A DNA stretch of 63,537 nt, filler included, from Octopus bimaculoides (taxonomy: Eukaryota): NCBI RefSeq assembly GCF_001194135.2. It is 7 parts of 7 records of this genome, joined end to end, with 100 filler letters (N's around TTAATTAATTAA, not from the genome) between each part and the next. Parts side by side here need not be neighbours in the genome. Positions count along the whole stretch, not along the records: positions 13,971 to 37,679 come from NC_068983.1; 6 more parts are not named here. The stretch is one strand, 5' to 3'. Both the position numbers and the translations under genes were made by a program. Under the pieces are notes generated by a model. The model was not told the origin of the DNA, searched no databases, and saw only the letters and a list, made by a program, of their open reading frames with translations. Positions 23,991-37,679 of the stretch are shown in pieces (position 1 is the stretch's first letter; each line of letters opens with the position of its first letter).

Positions 23991-26182
23991 TTATTAAAAC
24001 TGCAAAAACATCACAAAAACAACAGAAGAATGTTACCCAGAGCTTCGTGTTCCCGTTCGTCGGAGAGTTAGGATTCAATCATAATATAAGTTACATGCCA
24101 GACCCTAACCCCCACAAGAGAAAGCACAACAGAGAAAGTACTGCGGTTCATGCAGTCATCCTCTTTAAACATTAAGACCAGAGTAGGTAAGATCTTCCTT
24201 AGTTTAGTTGATAGAAACTTCCCGCGTTCTAATAGCATATTAAGCGGTTAAATAATTGTATTCACCTCTCATACTCCCAACATTTTATGGTTAATAGATG
24301 TATATATATATATATNNNNNNNNNNNNNNNNNNNNNNNNNNNNNNNNNNNNNNNNNNNNNNNNNNNNNNNNNNNNNNNNNNNNNNNNNNNNNNNNNNNNN
24401 NNNNNNNNNNNNNNNNNNNNNNNNNNNNNNNNNNNNNNNNNNNNNNNNNNNNNNNNNNNNNNNNNNNNNNNNNNNNNNNNNNNNNNNNNNNNNNNNNNNN
24501 NNNNNNNNNNNNNNNNNNNNNNNNNNNNNNNNNNNNNNNNNNNNNNNNNNNNNNNNNNNNNNNNNNNNNNNNNNNNNNNNNNNNNNNNNNNNNNNNNNNN
24601 NNNNNNNNNNNNNNNNNNNNNNNNNNNNNNNNNNNNNNNNNNNNNNNNNNNNNNNNNNNNNNNNNNNNNNNNNNNNNNNNNNNNNNNNNNNNNNNNNNNN
24701 NNNNNNNNNNNNNNNNNNNNNNNNNNNNNNNNNNNNNNNNNNNNNNNNNNNNNNNNNNNNNNNNNNNNNNNNNNNNNNNNNNNNNNNNNNNNNNNNNNNN
24801 NNNNNNNNNNNNNNNNNNNNNNNNNNNNNNNNNNNNNNNNNNNNNNNNNNNNNNNNNNNNNNNNNNNNNNNNNNNNNNNNNNNNNNNNNNNNNNNNNNNN
24901 NNNNNNNNNNNNNNNNNNNNNNNNNNNNNNNNNNNNNNNNNNNNNNNNNNNNNNNNNNNNNNNNNNNNNNNNNNNNNNNNNNNNNNNNNNNNNNNNNNNN
25001 NNNNNNNNNNNNNNNNNNNNNNNNNNNNNNNNNNNNNNNNNNNNNNNNNNNNNNNNNNNNNNNNNNNNNNNNNNNNNNNNNNNNNNNNNNNNNNNNNNNN
25101 NNNNNNNNNNNNNNNNNNNNNNNNNNNNNNNNNNNNNNNNNNNNNNNNNNNNNNNNNNNNNNNNNNNNNNNNNNNNNNNNNNNNNNNNNNNNNNNTATAT
25201 ATATATATATATATATATGCATGCTTATGTAATTATAAAAAAATACTCCCGTATAAAGGTACATGTATATAAACCAAACAGCATAACATACATGCACGTA
25301 TGTTTATGCATGCGCGTATGTATGTGTGTATGTGTGTGTGCGCGTGTGTGCCTGTGTCTGTGTGTGAGTGTGTGTGTGTGAGTGTGTGTGTAGGCAGTTT
25401 AGTGACTGTCTCTGATCACGTAAATCATACTGATCAATTCACAGATCATCGTTCCTCTGCAGCTTTTTCCCCACAATCAATATTTACGCGTTACTTCTAC
25501 ACTAAGTATTTTAACGTATATAGAACCATGACTTTTATGTGTGAGTTTACTTATGCGTGAGCACTTCTGCATTTATCTAGGCATAACTACATGCATATCC
25601 TCATAAATACACACTACTACATTAATTTAACGAAAGTGAAGCTAAAAAAACATTTATGTTGAGCAACTTTTCAAAACTTAATGTTTCCGTCGGCCATTAA
25701 AAAATTCTCATAAAATTGTTTTATTTTATGGAACAATGTTTAAGTTTTGCTAGAATTATGACCTCAAGAATCTTGCTTGCAAATACACACACGTTGTTAG
25801 ATTTAAAGTTATTATTTTGTTGCCATTCTAGTTGTTGTTATTTATTAATTTTTTTTTTTGTGATGGTAGTGGTTTTAGCTCTAGGTTAGTTTGAGTAAAA
25901 GCAGAATTTTCATTAATTTCTTTCGCTTCGTATTTACTTCGCCATCTTGCAATACTTGTATCTATGTGCTACTTCCGTATATTTATTCTTAGCACATACT
26001 GATATTGTATGATATTTTAGAAATTTTTACCCAACGCTTGCCTTTATAAATAGTATACAAAAAAGCGTTCGCCGACACACATAATGTTTTACGTTTTAAT
26101 ATAAATTTAATAAAGTTCTAATGAGCAAAGGGAAACCAATTGCGACCACACTGTTTATTCATTATATACAATGTACCTAAGG

Positions 26183-28452
26183 CAGTGGTTCTTAACCCAT
26201 TTTTGTAGCGTCCCTTTTAAGTAATTATTCTTCCTAGTAATTCTCTGAGAGGCGATTGGGTCATCAGGACTAAACTAATTTAACATGGATGGTAATTTAT
26301 AAATTTTACTCCAAGAACGTGATGTATAATCCTTTAATAGTTATAGGATAAGAAACGTATAATGACGAAAGTTGAAAATTTACTTCACATATTGGAAGTT
26401 AATAATTTCCTTGTGCCTGGTGAGATCTAGCTAAATTTTCTATATCGGATTCAATGTCAGTCAAAAGAAGTCATATGTCTCCTCTTTGATTGATTGCAAA
26501 TTCATTTCGTTGCTTAGTTAGCAATTGCAATACCACACTGAATCCTTTCTATATTAAATATTAACAATAAAAATCAGTGAACAGTAATTTAATTTCTTGC
26601 CAAATTTGAGAATACTTGCTTTGCATTTGGGGCCAGACTGATTCATAACCAGGCTGCTGAAAATATGCTTGAGCTACAAGATAATTTTTTTAAGTCGATA
26701 ATTACTTCATGTAAAGTTGGTTTAGCAGAAGAGACATCAGAAAGAAATGGATTTATAGCCCAATCAAGTACTTTAAGATCACGAAATATCTTTAAACCTG
26801 ATCATTAAGTCTTCTTTCAGTGTCCGCAGATGAGAAAATTGCAATCAATATCCGTATATAATATTAAGTTGTTATCATCGTTTTCTATTCTGTGTAGGCT
26901 TGGAAACTGTAAAAAATTCTGATTTGCTGATAAATGTGTTTATAATTCTCTTTGCTTTAATTAAATTCTTATTATTTCCTTGCAACTAAATGTTCACGTA
27001 ATCTAATTTAGGGAAAATGTCTTTCGTCGCTTAGATTTTTATAAATGTCCTCATCATATGAATTAAGAAATTCATTCTAAAACAGTATCATAAAGACCAT
27101 AAAAGCAATTTAAATAATTTGTCCTTTGAGAGCCATCGCACATCAGTATATAACAACAGGCGATTAAATTCTTTTTCATGGCAAATCTTCCGAATGATAG
27201 TGTCATTCAGGGAAGGGATTTTATTTACTATTTTAATTATTACATTCAATGCGTTATGTAGTCTACCACTAAGATGTTTTGCAGCGAAATGTGGTCGATG
27301 AATAACAAAATGAACTGCAAATATACGTGGAAATACTTCCTTTAGATGTACTACAAATCCACGATAACGGCCAATCCTATCTTGCACTTCATCTGTTGCA
27401 CATGGAATGATAGTTGTGCGAGGAATATACTTAGCATTAAAAATTTAGCAGCGGTAATATGTAGCAGAGGTAATATGTAGCAGAGGTAATATGTAGCAGA
27501 GGTAATATGTAGCAGAGGTAATATTCTTAGCATTAAAAATTTTAGAACTTATATTTCAAGTACCATTTTTTCACCAGAAACTCTTCAATAATTTCCTGGA
27601 TTGCATTTACATAACATACGTAAAACATTAGCAAAGATACATCGTCTCGTAAAGTTGTAAATAAAAATCTTCGTTCTTTTAAGGTTTCTCATTGTTTACT
27701 GTCTACATCTTTTGGCATGTCATCTAATCTTGCAGCTACTGTTCTATTACTGAGAATTGACGCTGTTATATCACATTTTCGTGGGCAAATCATAGTATCC
27801 AGAACTTCATTTATAGTTGGCAAGCCAAGTGTTTCGCCAATGGTTTTCGATATTTTGCAATAAATTTTGAAAGTATATAAGACATAACCTACCCCTTCTC
27901 TATTTGCTTGTTTGGTTAACAAGCCTTTGAAAGTAACACGGTTAAAAAAATTTTTTTTTTTCTAAACGTTCAGTCATCGTTGACGCCTTCATTGCTTTAT
28001 TTGAGAACGTTTTTTCATATATTAATCATAGGGACAATAGCTCATTATTCACGGATGGAATAACCCCGTATTTTACATATTCACTTGACTAATCACTTTC
28101 TTTTTCCCCACATTCTGATCTTTTTAAAAAGGAAACATAAACAACAATTGTATATAATGATACGACTAAACAAAATATTTTAGAGATCTCACAATATACG
28201 AAGAGAACAAGAAAGACTGCAGGCATAAAATATACTCTTCAATGCAGAAATATATCATATTGATTATTCCTGTTCAAACATGTCTTAAGTCGCGATATAT
28301 ACTTATCTCTCATTTTATTTTAATAACGAGTACTAGTTTTAATAAGTATAATTTAGTTACTACTATAGGTAAATTTTAGCAAATTAATTATGTTATCTCA
28401 CCGTTCACTTCGACTCACTTCGGGGAGACGCCGCCTATGTTGAGAACCTCTG
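26183..28452 (-). mobile_element. hAT (Charlie/Buster/ZBED5-SCAND3-like) DNA transposon with degraded transposase
   Basis: TIRs CAGTGGTTCTTAAC (26183) and GTTGAGAACCTCTG (ends 28452). Flanks ACCTAAGG / CTCTAAGG match 6/8 as a TSD. Minus-strand peptides KTIGETLGLPTINEVL..LSNRTVAARLDDM and IGRYRGF..VHFVIHRPHFAAK.LS.RLHNAL..FNRLLLYTDVRWLSK (CxxH and HTEVRWLS equivalents). Confidence 0.88.
27424..27545. repeat. 16-bp minisatellite (AGCAGAGGTAATATGT, ~5 copies) bracketed by a ~25-bp direct repeat
   Basis: AATAT(A/T)CTTAGCATTAAAAATTT on both sides of the tandem units. Confidence 0.9.
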
Positions 28453-29096
28453 CTCTAAGGCAACCTTACTCATTGTACTGTTGCCGTTTAGTTTTCGGCT
28501 ACAATAATGAAGTAGTAAGAGCGAGATCGCGCTTTCTCCGCTGGTGGTACGTTGTTGCTTTTGTTGTTGATCTTGTCACTGATTTTTAGCTCTACATTAG
28601 ATCGAACATTTTTATGATCAATGAGATGTCAAATGAAACCATCACATCATTTTTCATATATTCATCTTACTTAATTATAAATGTAAGCGATAAACGAGTT
28701 CTGTATTTTTGAGACGATGTGATGTTTTTTAAAGACCTATCTCACAGATAGCTTTAGCATAGCAAGCGATCACAAGGTGTCTCTGACAATAAATTTGAAA
28801 CCTCTATTCTGTATAGAACTAATAATAGCACTAGTCTACTAGACAAAAGTGTGAAATCACTCTCAGATCATACACTACCCTCTCACAAAAATGAAATATT
28901 TACTTATATAAGCCCATATTAACTACATTTCACAAAATTGTTCATGACTGAAGTGCATTTAAGCGAATGAGAGAAAAAATTATTCGAAAACTTCTGATAT
29001 TCTGTTTCATTTACCATTAGCGTGATACATAATAATAAAATTTAACTAGTAAAGAATTTGGCTTATTTGTATTAATTTTATTTTATAAGTAGTTTT

Positions 29097-29300
29097 TCCT
29101 AATTTTGGCACAAGGCCAGCAATTTGATGAGAGGAGCATGTCAATTCATCGACTCCAGTACTTGACTGATACATGTTATACCGAGCCCCAAGAAATGGAA
29201 AACAAAGTCAGCCATGGCGGAATTTCAACTCAAAATGTAAAGAGCTGGAAGAAATGCCGCAAAGTATTTGGCCATCGTGCTAACAATTGTGCTTAGATCG
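29097..29300 (-). mobile_element. SINE family A, degenerate copy
   Basis: AATTTTGGCACAAGGCCAGC..CATCGACTCCAGTACTTGACTG..CAAAGTCAGCCATGGCGGAATTTCAACTCA. Confidence 0.7.
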
Positions 29301-29388
29301 CTGCGATCATTTTCTTTTGAATAGTAAATTAATTTCTTCGACAAATTATCAGGTTATCACACACGCAGACAAGCAGACAGACATGCAT

Positions 29389-29424
<36 letters not shown>

Positions 29425-29531
29425 ACACACATACTTACACAAACATGCCTGTAAGTGTGAAGTGAGTATATACACACATATGTCTGTGTGTGCGTGGATA
29501 TATATATATATATATATCTACATATATATAT

Positions 29532-29614
<83 letters not shown>

Positions 29615-30316
29615 NNNNNNNNNNNNNNNNNNNNNNNNNNNNNNNNNNNNNNNNNNNNNNNNNNNNNNNNNNNNNNNNNNNNNNNNNNNNNNNNNNNNNN
29701 NNNNNNNNNNNNNNNNNNNNNNNNNNNNNNNNNNNNNNNGAGCAATTTCGAAGGGAATGAAAAATAAAGTCCGGCTGTAAAACATGGTAAATGTCTTTAT
29801 TTTTCATTCCCTTCGAAATTGCTCTTAACTGTGGTTTGGACTTTTTGACTGTTCTTTCTAGTATGTAAGGCGACCTGTTAAGGCTCACCTCTTTTGTGTT
29901 TAAATATACGCAAATTTACATATGTATATATATATACGTATGTATGTATATACATACAATACTAAAGCTCCAGCTTAACCCTCATATTAACTGTCAATAT
30001 ATTTTTTGCATTCAACAGGTTTGTTTCCGGACATGAACTTCCATTAAAATATACCACAATGTTTTTCAATTGAAACGTCATCCAATCGCAAATTGAATTC
30101 TCTAACTTCTATAAACTGGTATGTTTTTATCTTATTTTATTATATTTGTTTTCATTTTTTTTTTTATATATATAAAATGCAAATCTTTCAGAATCACAAT
30201 GATTTAACGCACAAATATATTTTCATGTTGTTGTTATTCTTCTTGTTATTTTTGTCGTCGTTGTTGACCTAGAAGACATATTTTCCTCCTATATTATAGT
30301 GGTCGAGAAGACTTAC

Positions 30317-30535
30317 TATTCCCTTTGTTGTTTCCTGGTTGATACAAAACTGTAGAGTCCCGTCGGAGAAACGTTTCCTCTTCTCGGTTAGCAGTTTCAA
30401 TGTGACGTTCCGTTCTAGGCCACACTGCTTGGCCTCTAGAAGAAACTTCTTCACTTCAAGCCTTCGGTTTAGACCTTCTGACTGAGGATGGTTACTCCTT
30501 CCGCCGCCGCCACCCCAAACTTTCTCAAACATACG
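30317..30535 (-). CDS. Candidate 219-nt phase-0 coding exon of unknown product
   Basis: Open frame RMFEKVWGGGGGRSNHPQSEGLNRRLEVKKFLLEAKQCGLERNVTLKLLTEKRKRFSDGTLQFCINQETTKGI. T-rich tract plus AAG acceptor upstream, GTAAGT donor downstream. No recognised homology. Confidence 0.25.
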
Positions 30536-30891
30536 CTTCACAAAACACAAAAAAATCTACATGTTTACAGATTGAAAACATTTTCTTGACTACAACAGCG
30601 TGACAAGTGTTAACGATTTCTAAAGCTATTTCATTTTACATTCTGTATACTGTAATGTTCTTTTTGAGCAATCCTCTAACTTGACTACTTTAGAAAAATG
30701 AGATTAGGCATTTGTAAATTAAACAACGTTTTAGCAATGTGAATATTTCTGACGCTCTAGCAGCCAAACCGTAAACTTCAACAACTTCTAATTATGACTA
30801 ACCTATTAAAAAACATTTTCCGATATATATGTAGCTTTATTGAGAATAGGGATGTGTGTGTATATATATGTATGTGTGTATGTGTGTGTGT

Positions 30892-30932
<41 letters not shown>

Positions 30933-31797
30933 TATATACATACATACATGAATATATATATATGTATGAATTAATGTATGTATGCGCATTTTATGATCTA
31001 ATCTCCATCCATAGGTCTGTGACTTCCTTATATGCTTGCCATATAACGAAAGCCAAGTTGTGTTTTAGGTATTTTGTGAATTTGAATTATGTATCTACAT
31101 CTCTTTTAATATCGCAACACTACACACACGTCTCTAAACATTACTTCATTTTTTTAACCCATAGGTCATATGACCACTTTTCGAATATTGCTTCTTTATC
31201 CCATATATGTGTTATATAGTGAGAGGGAAACTGCTACAACCTCCATTTGTTTCAATTGCGAGCGTATTGCCAAAACGTTCCACCTATGCAGATTATGTCA
31301 CTTAGGAATACGTACAAAAACATGGACTCAAAACCTAGCCGAAGTGAACGTAATATCCCTACACGTAATTTCAATAAATAGATTATATTGATTGATCGGA
31401 AATTTGCAGATACTTAACATAAATGTAATTCATTTGTTCATGGCATGCTGCTTTTATTGGGTGGCAGATAAGCTACTTTCATTAGTGTTGAATTAAATTA
31501 TTACTCTGATACTTTCTATGTAACTTCTTGGTAAGGCAAACAATAGATATTTTTCTCAATCCAACTGTATGAATTGGAACAAAAGGCATAAGAGTGTTAT
31601 TTAGTACTGCAAATATGTACTGCAATTATGATTGACATATGCGAGGGCAGTGTACCATGATACATCTCTATTGTATATAGGTTTCCAAGGAAAATGGAGT
31701 GACTCTTCTCACGATGGCGATTTCAGCATGTAATATGTTAAGTTTAAACAATTTCAAAAGCTTTTGTAAAACGCAAATTTCTTTCTCTCTCTCCTTC

Positions 31798-31841
<44 letters not shown>

Positions 31842-32600
31842 NNNNNNNNNNNNNNNNNNNNNNNNNNNNNNNNNNNNNNNNNNNNNNNNNNNNNNNNNNN
31901 NNNNNNNNNNNNNNNNNNNNNNNNNNNNNNNNNNNNNNNNNNNNNNNNNNNNNNNNNNNNNNNNNNNNNNNNNNNNNNNNNNNNNNNNNNNNNNNNNNNN
32001 NNNNNNNNNNNNNNNNNNNNNNNNNNNNNNNNNNNNNNNNNNNNNNNNNNNNNNNNNNNNNNNNNNNNNNNNNNNNNNNNNNNNNNNNNNNNNNNNNNNN
32101 NNNNNNNNNNNNNNNNNNNNNNNNNNNNNNNNNNNNNNNNNNNNNNNNNNNNNNNNNNNNNNNNNNNNNNNNNNNNNNNNNNNNNNNNNNNNNNNNNNNN
32201 NNNNNNNNNTATGTATGTATGTATGTATGTATGTATATATGTATGTAAGTATTTAAGTATGTGTATATACATAAGTTTCTGAATTTCTGTTGCAAGCTTC
32301 GAAGTGTGAAACCGTGTGTTAAAACAGATATTGTTATATTTCGGGATGGTCATTGTTTTTTTGTTTATATTTTGCTAAATAAACACAAGCACTATATATT
32401 CGTTCTTCACTCGTTTACTACTGTTTTTATTTTAGCTGATGTCCATTGTACAGAAATGCTAAGGAAAGTAATAAATGAGGGAAGAACGAATAATCAGTGC
32501 TTGTGTTTATTTAGTAAGAAACAAACGACCCATCCCGAAATTTAACAATCTGTGTATGTAAAAATGTATACACACATACACACACACATATATGTATGTA

Positions 32601-32635
<35 letters not shown>

Positions 32636-33399
32636 ATCATACGGGATTATTTGTGACGCACATGGAATGGATTTCTTTGAGGTGAGGTGCCTGAACTCAC
32701 TAGCCGATGAATTCGTAAGTGCCTTTTCTTCTCGTTGGTTTTTGGTGTCGCATGGCCAGAAATTACCGTGAATTTTTTAGAGACACTTTCAAATTTATTN
32801 NNNNNNNNNNNNNNNNNNNNNNNNNNNNNNNNNNNNNNNNNNNNNNNNNNNNNNNNNNNNNNNNNNNNNNNNNNNNNNNNNNNNNNNNNNNNNNNNNNNN
32901 NNNNNNNNNNNNNNNNNNNNNNNNNNNNNNNNNNNNNNNNNNNNNNNNNNNNNNNNNNNNNNNNNNNNNNNNNNNNNNNNNNNNNNNNNNNNNNNNNNNN
33001 NNNNNNNNNNNNNNNNNNNNNNNNNNNNNNNNNNNNNNNNNNNNNNNNNNNNNNNNNNNNNNNNNNNNNNNNNNNNNNNNNNNNNNNNNNNNNNNNNNNN
33101 NNNNNNNNNNNNNNNNNNNNNNNNNNNNNNNNNNNNNNNNNNNNNNNNNNNNNNNNNNNNNNNNNNNNNNNNNNNNNNNNNNNNNNNNNNNNNNNNNNNN
33201 NNNNNNNNNNNNNNNNNNNNNNNNNNNNNNNNNNNNNNNNNNNNNNNNNNNNNNNNNNNTGTGTGTGTGTGTGTGTGTGTATGTATATATGTGTATATAT
33301 ACATGTGTATGTATGTGTGCGTGTGTGTGTGTAGTTTGCTTTACTTTTAAAAAGAGAAACAATGTGTTCAATACATGTTACAGAACATATCTATTTGTA

Positions 33400-34450
33400 C
33401 GAAATTGGTGCTTCCCTTCTGGTGAAGGAACTTGGGCACAATAATGCAGAATTTACCGATTCATGCTCTGTAGGCTCTCCGAGACCCATGACGTTAATGT
33501 TTAGTGAATTGTTACAGATTAATACCTAAAGAAAGACATGATAGGGTAATAGATTCAAAATGACCGATGCCCTGAAAGGACTGGGCGTAGTTATTTGTAC
33601 GAAAAATGTGGGTTTGGACGCAGCAATAGATGAGAGCTGAAAAGGTGAGTGTGTGGAGAATGCCAGAATTACAGAGGTATGAGACCAACTAACTGCAAGG
33701 AGCACATGTCACTGGAGTAGCGTGGCAAAGACAGAAAAGACATTGTGTTCTTAGACCAAGAGACTCCAGTGTGTTCGTTCCTAACAAAATGCTAGTCAAC
33801 TGTGTGTCACTTTTTGGATACAATCCAAGGTGTCTGTAAGCGTAGCACCATCCAAGGTATGGGTGCAGTACTCTATTATGGGTAACACTTAAGAATTGTA
33901 AAGTGTCTGGAGCTAGTAAAAGCTAAAATATCCCGTGATCCTGGAGAGAACTAATGGAGTGATACATCCCTAATCACACAAACTAATGGAGTGATGCATT
34001 CCTAATCATACAAAGGAGGTGCGCTAAACCCAGACAGACTTGCTTTGATAGTGAGAATCATTAAATAAGGTGGCTGTAGTGCGCTAGCTTACCGCCGCAC
34101 ATGTTTCGAGCTGGGCGTTCTGTGGTGGAAGGATCATATCAATAGCACTTGAGAATGTTTGCTGTTCAATTTACCCAGATTTGTAAGGTGTCAGAATGCT
34201 CTCGAGGTATATGAAGTCAATGCAAGTTTGGAATTGCATGGTTACAGAAGTTAGGCAATGGTTCGCCTCATGTGCCTGAGAGTGGACATTGTTTGAATGT
34301 TGAATCAAGTGGGTCATTGATGTATCAAATCAAGAGAGAATGGAATGAAATCAAACACTGAGGAATACCAGCGTCGACATTGTAAATCAAACAGAAAGCA
34401 CCTTTTCAACACATGAAGCATTGCTGCAAGCAAGCAGGATGCTAGTGGTC
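33400..34450 (-). mobile_element. Heavily degraded CR1/L2-group LINE reverse transcriptase relic
   Basis: Minus strand gives GIPQ..YINDPLDST (GVPQGS..YINDL equivalent) and downstream YLG/IRP.LEY-like remnants. Contains a 32-bp tandem duplication at ~33950-34012. Confidence 0.5.
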
Positions 34451-34488
34451 CAAAAGGTAGATGGAACGCAGAGGCAGAAAGTTTAATG

Positions 34489-34490
<2 letters not shown>

Positions 34491-34568
<78 letters not shown>
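34491..34568. repeat. (GT)n microsatellite
   Basis: Read directly. Confidence 0.95.
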
Positions 34569-34571
<3 letters not shown>

Positions 34572-35535
34572 TGTGTGGCAAATGAAAGATGGAAGGTGAA
34601 ATATACGAGAATTTATTAATCACGACAATTGTTTCGACACATCTAGCATAGATCCCTCATGGATGGGATACTCAACAACTGGTTCAGGAGCATTCGGCAG
34701 TGCAGATGTATCTCGACGGGTGATAAATAGATGCAACTCGTTAGAATACCAATTCCGCAATATAACCTCTCGTTTTGTAGAAAGAAAAGCAGCCAGGCGG
34801 AGGAAATATCTTCATTTATATAGAAGAACAAAAATAAAATCACAGATGGGAAAAAATAGAGAAACGAACAAGTAATACAGCGAGAAAAGTATTAAAAATA
34901 ACCCTTAACAAATATGGATGTATAAACGCCCTCGGGCAAGCTGCATGTCACAAGTACACTCGCTCAAACAAGCATCCACGAAAATGTGATCATACGTGAG
35001 GCTTGGTGGACACATGAACACAAAGCGTGTTAACTATCTAATTGGTATTTGCAAGAATGGGGAAGTTAAAAGTAAACTTAAGTCATCCATACCTTAAAGT
35101 AAATTAAATTATGCTAACAGTTACTCAACTTTCATTCCCACTGCATTATGCGAAAGTATATTTATATGCGTGTAGGCCTCTCGATAGTTTTTCACAAATT
35201 TTATTAATGCCCTTCTCATTAGCCCACAGAATAGACAGGGATTCCTTGATGCAGAGACAGCATCTCATGGAAATTATATTGTATGGTTTCGTATGACTTA
35301 CTATGAACCAAGTTATGCTGTACTTCATTTTATCCTCCTTCAGTCGCCATAGAAAATCTACCAGAGATTTTGAATGTCTCTTATTGATTGTCTTAAAGAT
35401 GGCGACATGGTTACGATAACGATTCTTAAATGAATCAGCTGTCTGCCCAGTGTAAACAGGGATCGAGGTGTAGGAAGAAAGTTAGCTTCAAGAAATCTGT
35501 AATATACATTATAAAAACAACTTTCGTAACTCTTC

Positions 35536-35617
<82 letters not shown>

Positions 35618-36041
35618 TGACTTGCTCAAGGACTCTGTTTATGTCAAGTACTGAGTGGCAGAAAAAGCTAGATCGGTTATATCAGCGCCAGCCGTACACT
35701 GCCATGGCAACTCCAAATTAGGGATAATAGGAAGCAAAATGTAAAGACTGCAAAATGATAATAATATTGTTCACGTTCAATGAAGTTACTCACAAACTGT
35801 TAGAATAAACAAGGATGAATCTAGCAATGAAGTAAATCTTCAGATACAAGATTATGATCCTGTACTTTGCAGATCAATATATTTTGAGGCTTTAAATATG
35901 CAAGTTGGCGCCTTGACTTTCTAACCTCGTCTCAGTTGCATTCTATTTGTAAGCACGTTTTATATCTCTATAGGAAAGATCGGCGATTGTGTGTGTCTAT
36001 TTTCTAACGTATACACACATACACACACTCGTGCATATACA

Positions 36042-36085
<44 letters not shown>

Positions 36086-36835
36086 TGCAGAGACATGAAT
36101 GTGTGCATATGTTCATATGTGTTTTATACATTCAAAAATAAACGTTTATAGAGTCATGCAAATCATATATACAGATCCTACTGCGCGCGCGTGGGTGCGT
36201 GTATATGAGTGTATCTATGCGCGTGTGTGTGCGGGGTTTTAGTGTCAATAATTTGAAAGTTCTCACTCAATATATATGTGACTGAAATTGGCTGTTTAAA
36301 GACGTAAGCAATGGGCTCCGTTCGGTTTATTATGCCAAAGACATGAGTTATATCACTCCGGCGCCGTCACGTATTAAGGGGCTCATCTTCATCACCATAT
36401 ACCTAGGTACATGCAAGAGCGAACTAAGGTAGAAAAGTTGAAGATAGATATGGTCTTACAATCTGTACGTGTTAAAACGCAAACATGTTTGTATAATATA
36501 CGAATACGTATATACACACATACACACTACTACGTACATATATACATACATCTACACACATACATCCATACATATACATCCATACATCCGTACACACATG
36601 CATACGTACATACATGCACATGTACATACATAAATACATGCATACATGCATACATACACACACATACATACATACATACATCGTGAAGTTAAATACAGTA
36701 AGTGGATGTATCNNNNNNNNNNNNNNNNNNNNNNNNNNNNNNNNNNNNNNNNNNNNNNNNNNNNNNNNNNNNNNNNNNNNNNNNNNNNNNNNNNNNNNNN
36801 NNNNNNNNNNNNNNNNNNNNNNNNNNNNNNNNNNN

Positions 36836-37679
36836 GATATGAAAAAAAGCCTCGACCTGGTCACAACATTTTCTGGTGATGTAGGACTAGAGTTTGGCCA
36901 AGATAAATGCTCCTATATGGTTGTGGAACGAGGAAAGACTAAAAACCACCCTAACAACATCTCCATCAATGGCCTATCTGTTTCTCCAATATCTGATGAG
37001 GAATCCTACAGATACCTGGGAGTAGATGAAAACGTATCATATGAAGGTACCTGTAACAAGGAACGTGTTACTAAGGAATACAGAAATCGGGTTAGGAAAA
37101 TATGGACCTCGGAACTCTCTGCGTTCAATAAAGCAATAGCCCACAATGTGTTTGCAGTACCAGTACTCATACCGACATTCGGGATACTTGACTGGACGAT
37201 CGATGAAATCCGAGCCTTTGATGCGAAGACCCGAAAAGTACTAACGAGCACGAACAACTTTCACATCAATAGCGATGTAGGCCGCCTATACCTTAAACGA
37301 AATAAAGGAGGGAGGGGCCTAACATCAATTCAGACTGTCTTTGAATGCCGTGTCATATGTCTTCGACATCATCTCATAACCACCAAGTGTCGAAGTGCAC
37401 CCCTTGATGAAGTCTGCAGACATCAGGTAAATACCATCATGAGATTGGGAAGGCAACTACTTGACAAGCATTCCCTATTCGACAACCCTGAACTCTTACC
37501 CAAAGAAATTGCAAGACTCTACCGTAACATAACATCAGAGGAGAGGATGAATGCATTCCAGCAGAATACCATGCATGGATACGTTAACAGAAAGCTCCAG
37601 GGTGATAACAACATTGACAACCAGAGCAGTCTATCGTGGACAAACAATCGGGTCACCAACTCTCACTTTGAAGAGTATG
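36836..37679 (+). mobile_element. R4/Dong-clade LINE ORF fragment (RT C-terminal half/thumb), uninterrupted frame
   Basis: DMKKSLDLVTTFSGDVGLEFGQDKC..YRYLGVDE..AHNVFAVPVL..RLYLKRNKGGRGLTSI..MHGYV, open for ~280 codons and bounded by gaps on both sides. Confidence 0.88.

Noticed and set aside
27447-27525. Regular 16-bp repeats as a possible CRISPR-like array
   Set aside because: Head-to-tail units with no spacers, in a eukaryotic transposon; it is a minisatellite.
35343-35407. YY1-like AAGATGGCGAC with an inverted GTCGCCAT nearby
   Set aside because: An 8-bp match is expected by chance, and there is no promoter context or linked exon.
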